Shown: positions 37,914-46,540 of the stretch, piece after piece
Layout: each line of letters starts with the position of its first letter
Position numbering within the stretch: position 1 is the first letter of the stretch
Assembly (NCBI GenBank): GCA_039587475.1
Contig: JBDHIK010000005.1
Span: 5,741-69,740, forward strand
Origin: Gemmatimonadota bacterium
GTDB lineage: Bacteria > Gemmatimonadota > Gemmatimonadetes > Gemmatimonadales > GWC2-71-9
Direction: 5' to 3'
Length of the DNA: 64,000 bases
Position numbers and translations under genes: made by a program
The notes under the pieces: generated by a model
The model's database searches: none
Told to the model about the DNA's origin: nothing
The model's input: the letters and a program-made list of their open reading frames with translations, nothing else

Positions 37914-37943
37914 TTGCGAGGGATGATTGGCCGGAGGTACATT
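37914..37943 (+). promoter_or_regulatory. Candidate promoter for ubiE (TTGCGA-18 nt-TACATT)
   Basis: The -10-like TACATT ends 8 nt before ATG 37952. The whole divergent intergenic region is only 53 nt. Confidence 0.3.
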
Positions 37944-37951
37944 GGGCTCCT

Positions 37952-38680
37952 ATGTTAGCCACGGACACGAAGTTACCGGTCTCGGGCGGAACGGAGAAGC
38001 GATCCTACGTCCGGACGATGTTCGGGACCATCGCACCCCATTACGACCGGCTCAATCACCTGCTCAGCCTCAACCTCGACCGGCTGTGGCGCCGCCGGGC
38101 GGTCCGGTTGCTGGGCTGGGAACGGGAGCCGGATGGTGCCTACCTCGACCAGTGCGCCGGCACGCTCGACCTGGCGGTCGAGCTGGCGAAGCAACCCCAG
38201 TTCACCGGGACGGTGGTCGGGGCCGATTTCGTCCTGCCGATGCTCAAGTTGGGCCGCCATAAGTCTCCCAAGGTGGTGCCGCTGAGCGCCGATGCGCTCT
38301 CGCTGCCATTTCCCGACCAGGTGTTCGACGGTGCCACGGTCGGATTCGGTGTCCGGAACCTGGTGGACTTGGCCCAGGGCTTTCGTGAAACGGCCAGGGT
38401 CCTCAAGCCAGGAGCCCGCTACGTCGTCCTGGAGTTGAGCACGCCCCCCGACCAGCCGATGCGGGGATTGTATCTCCTGTATTTTCAACATCTCCTGCCG
38501 CGAATCGGCCGTGCCGTGTCGAAACATACGAACGCCTATTCCTGGTTGCCAGAGTCCGTAAGAGTGTTCCCCGAACCCGACGCCCTTTCCGCCCTCATGG
38601 AACAGAGCGGATTCGAGGGCGTCACCTACGATCTCCTGTTCGGTGGAGCCTGCGCCCTCCACGTCGGAACCAGGACCTAG
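37952..38680 (+). CDS. ubiE: Demethylmenaquinone/ubiquinone C-methyltransferase
   Basis: VRTMFGTIAPHYDRLNHLLSL and VLELS..P motifs of UbiE/MenG, with a class I SAM methyltransferase fold. Confidence 0.85.
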   Translation: MLATDTKLPVSGGTEKRSYVRTMFGTIAPHYDRLNHLLSLNLDRLWRRRAVRLLGWEREPDGAYLDQCAGTLDLAVELAKQPQFTGTVVGADFVLPMLKLGRHKSPKVVPLSADALSLPFPDQVFDGATVGFGVRNLVDLAQGFRETARVLKPGARYVVLELSTPPDQPMRGLYLLYFQHLLPRIGRAVSKHTNAYSWLPESVRVFPEPDALSALMEQSGFEGVTYDLLFGGACALHVGTRT

Positions 38681-38707
38681 GCGCCTCCTTCCGGAAGCGG
38701 GACAAGC

Positions 38708-40189
38708 ATGCCCCTCGACACCCTGCATGATTTCATCACCGCCATCGAGGCCGCGGGCGAGCTCGTCCGGGTTCAGCACCCGGTCAGTGTCCGGCTGGAA
38801 ATCGCCGAGATCGCCGATCGGGTCATGAAGAGTCCCGGCGGCGGGCCGGCGTTGCTGTTTGAGCATCCCGTCCTCGACAACGGTGAGCCCAGCCCCTTCC
38901 CGGTTCTGATCAACGGCTATGGGTCCATGCGGCGGATGTGTCTGGCCCTGGGGGTCGACGATCTCGAACAGATTGGCGACCGCATCACCGAGCTCCTCAA
39001 CCCGGCCGTCCCCGAAGGCCTGATGGGGAAGCTAGCCATGGTGCCCAAACTGGCAGAGGTCGCCAAGTTTCCACCCCGGGTGCGCAAGGGACGCGGTCCG
39101 TGTCAGGAGGTGGTCCTCGAGGGGGATCAGTGTGACCTGGGACGGTTTCCCATTCTCACGACCTGGCCGCAGGACGGCGGACCCTATCTGACCCTTCCCA
39201 TGGTCATCACCCACGACCCGGAACGCGGCACCCGGAACGTGGGAATGTATCGGGTCCAGGTCTTGGGCCCCCGTCGGTTGGCCATGCATTGGCAGCGTCA
39301 CAAGGTGGGCGCCGCCCACTGGCGGGAAATGGCCCAGCGCGGCGAGCGCATGCACGTGGCCATCGCTCTGGGTGGCGATCCGGCCAGCCTGTATTCAGGG
39401 TCGGCCCCCCTGCCCCCGACGATCGACGAGTTCCTGTTCGCCGGCTTCCTGCGCAAGGCGCCCGTGGAGTTGGTCAAGGCGGTGACGTGCGATCTCGAGG
39501 TACCGTCCCAGGCCGACGTCGTCATCGAGGGCTTTATCGATCCGGCCGAGGATCTGGTGCTGGAGGGCCCCTTCGGTGATCACACCGGGTTCTACTCGGT
39601 GGCGGATTATTACCCGCTGGTGCACGTCACGGCCATCACCCACCGGAAACGGCCCGTCTATGCGGCGACACTGGTGGGGCGCCCACCCATGGAAGACTAC
39701 TACATGGGCCACGCCACGGAGCGGATCTTCCTGCCGTTGCTGCGGCTCACGGTGCCCGAGATCGTCGACTACCACATGCCCGCGCCCGGGATCTTCCACA
39801 ACCTCATTTTCGTCGCCATCGACAAGCAGTACCCCGGGCAAGCCTACAAGGTCATGAATGCCTTGTGGGGACAGGGCTTGATGTCGCTGGCGAAGGTGAT
39901 CGTCGTGGTCGATAAGGACGTCAATGTCCGGGACCCCGACGAGGCGTGGTGGGCAGCCCTCAACAACATCGACCCCGAGCGCGACGTCCGCTTTACCATG
40001 GGGCCGGTGGACGTCCTGGATCATTCCAGCCGGGAGTTCACGTACGGCAGCAAGATGGGCATCGACGGAACCCGGAAATGGCGCGATGAGGGTTTCACCC
40101 GTGAGTGGCCGGACGTCATCACCATGGACCAGGCCACCAGGGACCGCATCGACGACATCTGGCCGGAACTCGGCATCGACCTGCCGTGA
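38708..40189 (+). CDS. ubiD: UbiD-family (prFMN-dependent) decarboxylase
   Basis: 493 aa with a full-length UbiD pattern (GPYLTLPMVITHDPERGTRNVGMYR, EGPFGDHTGFY). Confidence 0.88.
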   Translation: MPLDTLHDFITAIEAAGELVRVQHPVSVRLEIAEIADRVMKSPGGGPALLFEHPVLDNGEPSPFPVLINGYGSMRRMCLALGVDDLEQIGDRITELLNPAVPEGLMGKLAMVPKLAEVAKFPPRVRKGRGPCQEVVLEGDQCDLGRFPILTTWPQDGGPYLTLPMVITHDPERGTRNVGMYRVQVLGPRRLAMHWQRHKVGAAHWREMAQRGERMHVAIALGGDPASLYSGSAPLPPTIDEFLFAGFLRKAPVELVKAVTCDLEVPSQADVVIEGFIDPAEDLVLEGPFGDHTGFYSVADYYPLVHVTAITHRKRPVYAATLVGRPPMEDYYMGHATERIFLPLLRLTVPEIVDYHMPAPGIFHNLIFVAIDKQYPGQAYKVMNALWGQGLMSLAKVIVVVDKDVNVRDPDEAWWAALNNIDPERDVRFTMGPVDVLDHSSREFTYGSKMGIDGTRKWRDEGFTREWPDVITMDQATRDRIDDIWPELGIDLP

Positions 40190-41091
40190 TGGCTGGAGCC
40201 GGTCTGCGGGAAGGACAGACGTTCGATGGACCGTCGCTCCTGGTCCGTTATGTCAACTTCGTCAAGCTGCCCCACACTGTGTTTGCTCTGCCATTCGCCT
40301 TCGTCGGTGTGGTCGCTGCGTCACGGCAGTCCCCGGTCAGTCTCGAGGTCGTCATCCTCGTGGCGCTGGCGTTCACGGGCGCCCGCTGGGTCGCCATGGG
40401 ATTCAATCGGATCGCCGACCGCCGATTCGATGCGCTGAACCCAAGGACCCAACGCCGCGAGCTTCCCAGCGGGCAGCTGTCCCTGGCACAGGCATGGGTT
40501 TCGGTCCTCGTGGCCGCTGTCGTGTTCGTATCGGCCTGTGCCCTGTTGAACCCCCTGTGCCTGGCGCTGGCGCCGGTCGCTCTCGCCTGGATCATGACGT
40601 ACAGTCTGACCAAGCGCTTCACCTGGTGGCCTCATCTCTGGTTGGGGCTGAGCCTCGCCATCGCCCCGGTCGGGGGCTACCTGGCGGTCACGGGACGGTG
40701 GAGCGAACCGTGGTGGGTGTTGCTAGCCATCACCGTCGCGGTGGCAACCTGGGTGGCGGGATTCGACGTGTTCTACGCCCTGGCGGACGAGGAATTCGAC
40801 CGGTCCACTGGCCTCAAGAGCGCCGTGGTTCGGCTGGGTGAGCGCCGCAGTATCCTCCTGGCCAAACTCGTTCACGGCGTCACCATCCCCGCCCTGGTCC
40901 TGTTCGGGTGGGGCGCGGGGTTCGGCCTGTGGTACTACGCGGGGTTGGCGGTGGCGGCGGGCATTCTGGCCTGGGAACACCACCTGGTGCGGCCCGGCGA
41001 CCACAGCCGTCTCGATCAGGCCTTCTTCACCATGAACGGGATCATGGCATTGGTCGTCTTCGGATTCGCCTTGCTCGATCGGGTGCTGTAG
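40189..41091 (+). CDS. ubiA: UbiA-family aromatic prenyltransferase
   Basis: ATG 40189 overlaps the ubiD TGA (TGATG). It has a NRIADRRFD Asp-rich motif, a second YALADEEFD motif and about 8 TM helices. Confidence 0.85.
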   Translation: MAGAGLREGQTFDGPSLLVRYVNFVKLPHTVFALPFAFVGVVAASRQSPVSLEVVILVALAFTGARWVAMGFNRIADRRFDALNPRTQRRELPSGQLSLAQAWVSVLVAAVVFVSACALLNPLCLALAPVALAWIMTYSLTKRFTWWPHLWLGLSLAIAPVGGYLAVTGRWSEPWWVLLAITVAVATWVAGFDVFYALADEEFDRSTGLKSAVVRLGERRSILLAKLVHGVTIPALVLFGWGAGFGLWYYAGLAVAAGILAWEHHLVRPGDHSRLDQAFFTMNGIMALVVFGFALLDRVL

Positions 41092-41095
41092 CCTT

Positions 41096-41689
41096 GTGGA
41101 AGGTATGACCACCCACCCTGTCGTCCTCGGATTGACGGGCGCCTCCGGGGCGCCCTATGCGGTACGGTTGCTCGAGGTGTTGGCGCGAGCCCGGGTTCCG
41201 ACCTGGCTGATCGTGTCGTCCCACGGCTTCCGCCTGCTCGAGACCGAGTGCGGTATCGCTGACCTGGACGGCCTGCGTGCCGCGACCGGGGCAGACTGGT
41301 CCAGCGTCACCCTGTTCCCCAACGATGATCGCGGCGCTCGACCGGCCTCGGGATCGTGCCCGACCGCGGGGATGATCGTGTGCCCCTGCTCCATGGGCAC
41401 CCTCTCGGCCATCGCGCACGGGTCCAGCCGGTCCCTCATCGAACGGGCCGCGGACGTGACGCTCAAGGAACGCCGGCCATTGATTCTGGTGCCCCGCGAG
41501 ACGCCGTTGTCACTCGTCCATCTGCGAAACATGGTCGCGGTCACGGAAGCCGGGGCGACCGTCCTGCCGGCGGCGCCCGGGTTTTACCATCGTCCCGCCG
41601 ATATCGCGTCTCTGGTGGACTTCGTGGTGCAGCGGGTGCTCGATCAGTTGGGCGTGGACGCGTCCATCTCCGATCGCTGGCAGGGGTGA
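41096..41689 (+). CDS. ubiX: Flavin prenyltransferase UbiX
   Basis: VVLGLTGASGAPYAVRLLE flavoprotein N-terminus, with length and sequence typical of UbiX. Confidence 0.88.
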   Translation: MEGMTTHPVVLGLTGASGAPYAVRLLEVLARARVPTWLIVSSHGFRLLETECGIADLDGLRAATGADWSSVTLFPNDDRGARPASGSCPTAGMIVCPCSMGTLSAIAHGSSRSLIERAADVTLKERRPLILVPRETPLSLVHLRNMVAVTEAGATVLPAAPGFYHRPADIASLVDFVVQRVLDQLGVDASISDRWQG

Positions 41690-41725
41690 TCCTGTGCCCC
41701 GTGCCCCGGCCGCGCTCCACGCCTC

Positions 41726-42199
41726 ATGAGAATCGGGATCCTCTCGGACACCCACGGGGTGCTGCGCCCGGAGGTCTTCGACGTGTTCTCGCGCGTGGAT
41801 CATATTCTCCACGCCGGTGACGTGGGGCCGCAGGATCTGTTGACGGAGTTGCAGGCGCTGGCGCCGCTGACCGCCGTGTACGGCAACACCGACGGCTTCG
41901 ACTTGCGCGGCATGCTCCCCCGGACCGCCGAGCTCGAACTCGATGGGTTCAGGTTCGTCGTGACGCACGGCGACCAGTTCGGTTCCCCGACACCCGAGGC
42001 CATGCACCGGGCCCATCCCGAAGCGGACGTCCTCGTCTACGGGCACACCCATCGGCCGGTGCTGGAAACGGTGGACATGGTGGTCACCGTCATGAACCCT
42101 GGAAGCGCCGGGCCGGAGCGATTCGGTCTCCCGGCCACGGTGGGTATCATGGAAACCGAACCGGGAATCCCACCCCGGGCCCGGCTGGTGCCGCTCTAG
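41726..42199 (+). CDS. YfcE/MJ0936-family metallophosphoesterase
   Basis: ILSDTHG, HAGD, GNTD, THGD and GHTH motifs in 157 aa. Confidence 0.8.
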   Translation: MRIGILSDTHGVLRPEVFDVFSRVDHILHAGDVGPQDLLTELQALAPLTAVYGNTDGFDLRGMLPRTAELELDGFRFVVTHGDQFGSPTPEAMHRAHPEADVLVYGHTHRPVLETVDMVVTVMNPGSAGPERFGLPATVGIMETEPGIPPRARLVPL

Positions 42200-42202
42200 A
42201 CG

Positions 42203-42625
42203 CTAGTCCTCCGGCGGGCCGCCCAGCTCGCTCTGCCAGCCGCCCCGCCCCACGGCCACCAGCCCGTCAGGCTGAATGACGAGCTGAAGGATGAACGGTT
42301 CAGGCCCGCTCTCCAGCTCGATGACCCGCCAGTACTGCATGTTCTCGCCCAGCGGCTCCACCGCCTCGCGGAGGACCTCCGCCTCTTCGCCGAATTCGTC
42401 GACCAGGCGATCACGGTTCTGCAAGAGTGGCTCGACGTCGCCGAGCTGCGCTTGAAACGCGGGAGCCAACATGTCCCAGAGTTGGGGGCCGTCGGCGTCC
42501 CACCAGGTAGCAGCCACCTGTCGGCCGCGCTCCAGAACCTGTTGCTCGTCCATGGTCTGCGCTGCCAGTGCTGGAGTGACGAGTGCCGCGGCGGCAACGC
42601 AGGACAGGAATCGGGTCACACGCAT
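42203..42625 (-). CDS. Small secreted protein (paralog A, DUF3887-like)
   Basis: It has a signal peptide ending ALAAQT and GGAGGA upstream. It shares LW.ML.PAFQ..LG......L......G.E.EV..E......QYWRV.E......P..L...I.P.G.V with the next gene. Confidence 0.45.
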   Translation of the reverse strand: MRVTRFLSCVAAAALVTPALAAQTMDEQQVLERGRQVAATWWDADGPQLWDMLAPAFQAQLGDVEPLLQNRDRLVDEFGEEAEVLREAVEPLGENMQYWRVIELESGPEPFILQLVIQPDGLVAVGRGGWQSELGGPPED

Positions 42626-42670
42626 GACAGATCCTCCAAGAAGACAAGGGATTTCACCGGTCCGGTGGTC

Positions 42671-43117
42671 TCAGTCGTCGGTCTGGGGTGGCTGGCTTGC
42701 CAACCCGATTCCCTGGCCGGACACCTTCCCCTCGGGGCTGATGACCCAGCGAAGCAGCAGGGGCTCGGGGGCGAGATCGAATTCTGCGACCCGCCAGTAC
42801 TGTGGTCGACCGTTGCGCATCCGGATCGACTCTTCGATGACCTCCACCTCCGCTCCGGCGCGGTCGCTGAGAAAGTCCAACCGTTCGAGCAGTTTGTCCG
42901 GGCTGCCGAGGCTCTCCTGGAAGGCCGGCGTCAGCATGGCCCACAGGCTGTCGATCTCCGCGTCGTAGAAGAACTCGGTGGCGCGTCGGCCGATGGCCAT
43001 CGTATCTGTCGGGGCTTGCACGGCGGCATCCGCCGTCGCGGGCGCTTCCTGGGCGCTCACGGTGCCGGTCCAGGCGGCGGCCAGCAACAGGGCCCCGGTC
43101 AATGCTCTGGGCTGCAT
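42671..43117 (-). CDS. Small secreted protein (paralog B, DUF3887-like)
   Basis: ATG 43117 has AGGAAG upstream. It has the signal peptide MQPRALTGALLLAAAWTGTVSAQE and is a tandem paralog of 42203..42625. Confidence 0.45.
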   Translation of the reverse strand: MQPRALTGALLLAAAWTGTVSAQEAPATADAAVQAPTDTMAIGRRATEFFYDAEIDSLWAMLTPAFQESLGSPDKLLERLDFLSDRAGAEVEVIEESIRMRNGRPQYWRVAEFDLAPEPLLLRWVISPEGKVSGQGIGLASQPPQTDD

Positions 43118-43212
43118 GGTTCTCTTCCTTGCGGAGTGTGGCGGTCGCGAACAGCACCTCGTACGCCAGGGAAGGCACGATGGTTTCAGAGTGGAACCGC
43201 TGGCCGGTGGCG

Positions 43213-44331
43213 TCAGTGCGGGTAGGGGTCGTCGGTCGAGGTGGCCCACTCCTCGAGCGGAGTGGTTCGACGCAGCGCGTCGGGAAAGCGCCGGAACCAA
43301 CTCATGACGAGCATGATCTCATCGACCGAATCGCGCGGCAGCGTCGTGGTCGGAGTGGAGGGACCCGCCAGCTCGTCGCGAACCACGGCGCTGAAGGCCG
43401 TCTCTTCGATCGGGGTGGTGGGGTAGGGGAACATGGCCTTGACCTCGCCACGGCGGATCAGGTAGGCCCGGTCGTCACCGAACACGCCTGGGTCGCGGTA
43501 GACGAAACTGAGGAGATCGATGGCCGCTCGTGCCCGTGATACGGCCGCGAGCAACCATTCGAGGTGCTCGAATTTCTCACGCCAACGGGCGGCCTGCTCG
43601 AAGGTCTGTGACTGGGACGCTGCCGTCATGGCGTCGATCACCCGGTCCAGTGGCTCGATGGTCCGTCCTTCCAGGAACGCGCACGCCGTGTCGACCCGTT
43701 GGCGGTAGCTCTCCTGTGTGACCAGGCCGGCGCAGGGTCCGGTGCAGAATCCCAACTCGTGTCGGAGACACGCGGCCTGGCGCGACGGCGCGAACAGGTC
43801 CCCCTGATCGGCGAACACAACCGGCATGGTGGCGGCGCAATCCCTCAGTCCCAGCACGTCATTGAGGGTCTTGAGCGCCTCTGCCACCCGGCTCGGGCTT
43901 TCGAACGGTCCGAATCCGGCGGCGTCTTTCTCGCTGATGGCTCCACCGTGGTATACCTTGGGTGCGGGCCCATCGAGGATCTTGACGAAGGTGGCGCGTC
44001 GGCGGCGCTTCAGATGCACGTTGAACACCGGACGGAAGCGCCGGATGTCCCGGAGTTCATTCAGGTAGGCCGCGAACTCGCTGTGTACGTATTGCCACTC
44101 GATGTCCTTGGTGGCGTGCAGGATGCGCGCGGCCTTGTCTTCGGGATACGGCGCCCGGAAGTAGGTCAACAGCCGGGCCCGGAGCTTCTTGGCCTTCCCG
44201 ACGTAGATGACCCGGCCGGAGGGGTCCATCATCCGGTACACCCCGGGCCGATTCTCGGCGAGACCGCCGACCCGCTGGCGCAGAGCATCCAGGTTGCCGA
44301 CCGGGAGCGCCAGGGCCATGGCGCGGCTCAT
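43213..44331 (-). CDS. UvrC-like nuclease lacking the C-terminal endonuclease/HhH half (GIY-YIG + Cys-rich + UVR-like regions only)
   Basis: GVYRMMDPSGRVIYVGKAKKLRARL..Y (GIY-YIG), CLRHELGFCTGPCAG and FEQAARWREKFEHLEWL (UVR-like). The protein ends at about 372 aa. ATG 44331 was chosen because it lies 7 nt after the mutM stop. Confidence 0.7.
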   Translation of the reverse strand: MSRAMALALPVGNLDALRQRVGGLAENRPGVYRMMDPSGRVIYVGKAKKLRARLLTYFRAPYPEDKAARILHATKDIEWQYVHSEFAAYLNELRDIRRFRPVFNVHLKRRRRATFVKILDGPAPKVYHGGAISEKDAAGFGPFESPSRVAEALKTLNDVLGLRDCAATMPVVFADQGDLFAPSRQAACLRHELGFCTGPCAGLVTQESYRQRVDTACAFLEGRTIEPLDRVIDAMTAASQSQTFEQAARWREKFEHLEWLLAAVSRARAAIDLLSFVYRDPGVFGDDRAYLIRRGEVKAMFPYPTTPIEETAFSAVVRDELAGPSTPTTTLPRDSVDEIMLVMSWFRRFPDALRRTTPLEEWATSTDDPYPH

Positions 44332-44338
44332 CGGCGGC

Positions 44339-45163
44339 TCATCGTTGGCAGCGGTGACAGAATACGGTGCTCCGGGCATCGATGGTGTGGGTGCCGGTCA
44401 GGTGAGTGCCGCAGCGATGGCAGGGGGCTCCCTCCCGGCCGTACACGAACAACTGCTGCTGAAAGTTACCCGGTTTGCCGGAGGCCGTCCGGTAATCTCG
44501 AATGGTGGTGCCCTCGGCGGCCAGGGCCTGACGCAGGATGTCCTGGATCGCCATCAGGAGGACATGGTGGTCTTCGTCGGCAACGCGGTTGGCCGGCTTG
44601 GAAGGATCGAGCCCGGCAACGAAGAGCGCTTCATTGGCATAGATGTTCCCCACGCCTGCGATGAGCCGCTGATCCATGATGGCCTTCTTGATCGGTTGTC
44701 GTGTTCGGCGCAGCCGCGCACCGAACGCTTCCGCGCTCAACGAGGGATCGAGTGGTTCCGGCCCCAGTCGCGACTCGAATGCCACCCATTGGTCCGGTTG
44801 CAGCAGGTAGATCCGGCCCAGGCGCCGGACATCCCGATACAGCAGTCGACTGCCATCTTCGAATGTCAGGGCCAGCACGGTGTAGTCAGCCGTGGATGGA
44901 GACTCCCCAGCCTCGACGGTGGAGAAGGACCCGGTCATGCCCGGCTGGATGACCAGCCGGGCGCCTCCCAGGTCGAAGACGGCGTTCTTGGCCCTTCTGC
45001 TCACATCATGAATGGTGGTCCGCCGCAGCGCGCTCAGGAAGGCCGCCCGGGATCGGTTCTTCAACACATGGTCGTGCGACAGACGGGTCCGTCGGATGGT
45101 GGATCCCACGATGGTCGGATGCAGCGCCCGCACCATGGTGTCGACTTCGGGGAGTTCAGGCAT
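44339..45163 (-). CDS. mutM: Formamidopyrimidine-DNA glycosylase
   Basis: MPELPEV N-terminus, an H2TH region and a C-terminal zinc finger CHRCG...CHRCQ. Confidence 0.9.
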   Translation of the reverse strand: MPELPEVDTMVRALHPTIVGSTIRRTRLSHDHVLKNRSRAAFLSALRRTTIHDVSRRAKNAVFDLGGARLVIQPGMTGSFSTVEAGESPSTADYTVLALTFEDGSRLLYRDVRRLGRIYLLQPDQWVAFESRLGPEPLDPSLSAEAFGARLRRTRQPIKKAIMDQRLIAGVGNIYANEALFVAGLDPSKPANRVADEDHHVLLMAIQDILRQALAAEGTTIRDYRTASGKPGNFQQQLFVYGREGAPCHRCGTHLTGTHTIDARSTVFCHRCQR

Positions 45164-45226
45164 GGAGCATAGGACTGGGGGGGAGGAGCCGAGAGCTGCT
45201 CCAGGTGCTGCTCGAGTCCACCGGAC

Positions 45227-46540
45227 TCATCGTGAGGACGGCACCCCTCCCTGTTCCCGGCTCTCCGCTTCTCGCCGTTGCGCCTCCCGCCATCCGATAT
45301 CACGGCGGAAGACCTTGCCTTCGAACTGGATCCGCTCGGCCGCTGCTCTGCTCTGACGCCGGGCTTCGGTGAATGTGCCCGCCACGGCCGTGACGTTGAG
45401 GACCCGGCCCCCGCTGACTCGAAGAACATTGTCTGCATCCCGGGTGGTGCCGGCATGGAACACGGTGACACCATCGGGGAGATCTTCCGGGATGGTGATG
45501 GCGGCGCCTTTCTCCGGGCGGTCCGGATACCCCGCTGCGGCCAGGACGGTCGTCACCGAAGCCCCGTCCTGCGTCGGCAGTTCGGTGGGTGGGCCGCCGG
45601 TCGCGACACTGGTCAGGCAGGCGGTGAGTCCTCGCTGGACCAGGGGGAGGACCACCTGCGCTTCAGGGTCGCCCAGGCGGCAGTTGAATTCCACCACGGA
45701 CGGCGAGCCCTGCTCATCAATCATCAGGCCGGCATACAGCACGCCCCGGTACGGGCTTCCCGACTCGGCGATCGCGGCCAGGGCGGGCCTCAGGATCTTG
45801 TGCTCGATATGCAGCATCAGGCTCTCGGTCATGAACGATACCGGACCGTAGGCGCCCATCCCCCCGGTGTTGGGCCCGGTGTCCCCCTCGCCGAGGCGCT
45901 TGTGGTCCTGAGACACCGGGAGGATCTCGATGCGTTCGCCGTCGGTCAGGGCGAGGACGGAACACTCCTCGCCCGAGAGGAACGCTTCGACGACCACCTG
46001 ACGGCCCGCGTCGCCGAATCGATGATCGATCATCATGGCCGTAATCGCCGCGGCGGCCTCGGCCCGGGTAGGGCAGACGATGGCGCCCTTGCCACCCGCC
46101 AGCCCGGAGGCTTTGACGACCAGCGGTTCGTCATGATGAGCGATGTAGGCCAGGGCGGTGTCCGGGTCGTCGAAGGTGCGAGAGGCGGCGGTGGGGATGC
46201 CGGCCCGCTCCATGACTTCTTTGGCGTACGCCTTGGAGGCCTCGATGCGAGCCCCGGCGGCGAGCGGCCCGAACGCCGGGAGTCCAGCCGCCGCCAGCCG
46301 GTCGACCAGCCCTGCCGCCAGAGGCGCCTCCGGACCCACGACCGTGAGGTCGAAGGCGCGGTGGGATGCGATCTCCACCAGAGCGTCCACATTCCCAGCG
46401 TCCACCGGGATGTTCTCTGCGATCCCGGCAGTCCCGGGATTCCCCGGGGCACAGTAGATCTCGACCGCCGGGTCTTCTCGCCGAAGGGCCCAGGTCAGGG
46501 CATGCTCCCGGCCGCCGCCGCCGACGACCAGAATACTCAC
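45227..46540 (-). CDS. purD: Phosphoribosylamine-glycine ligase
   Basis: MSILVVGGGGREHAL N-terminus and an ATP-grasp core. It is full-length PurD. Confidence 0.92.
   Translation of the reverse strand: MSILVVGGGGREHALTWALRREDPAVEIYCAPGNPGTAGIAENIPVDAGNVDALVEIASHRAFDLTVVGPEAPLAAGLVDRLAAAGLPAFGPLAAGARIEASKAYAKEVMERAGIPTAASRTFDDPDTALAYIAHHDEPLVVKASGLAGGKGAIVCPTRAEAAAAITAMMIDHRFGDAGRQVVVEAFLSGEECSVLALTDGERIEILPVSQDHKRLGEGDTGPNTGGMGAYGPVSFMTESLMLHIEHKILRPALAAIAESGSPYRGVLYAGLMIDEQGSPSVVEFNCRLGDPEAQVVLPLVQRGLTACLTSVATGGPPTELPTQDGASVTTVLAAAGYPDRPEKGAAITIPEDLPDGVTVFHAGTTRDADNVLRVSGGRVLNVTAVAGTFTEARRQSRAAAERIQFEGKVFRRDIGWREAQRREAESREQGGVPSSR

Noticed and set aside
37933-37937. GGAGG upstream of ubiE as its Shine-Dalgarno sequence.
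   Set aside because: It lies 14 nt from the ATG, which is longer than the usual spacing, and it falls inside the spacer of the candidate promoter. I left this unresolved rather than calling it a ribosome-binding site.
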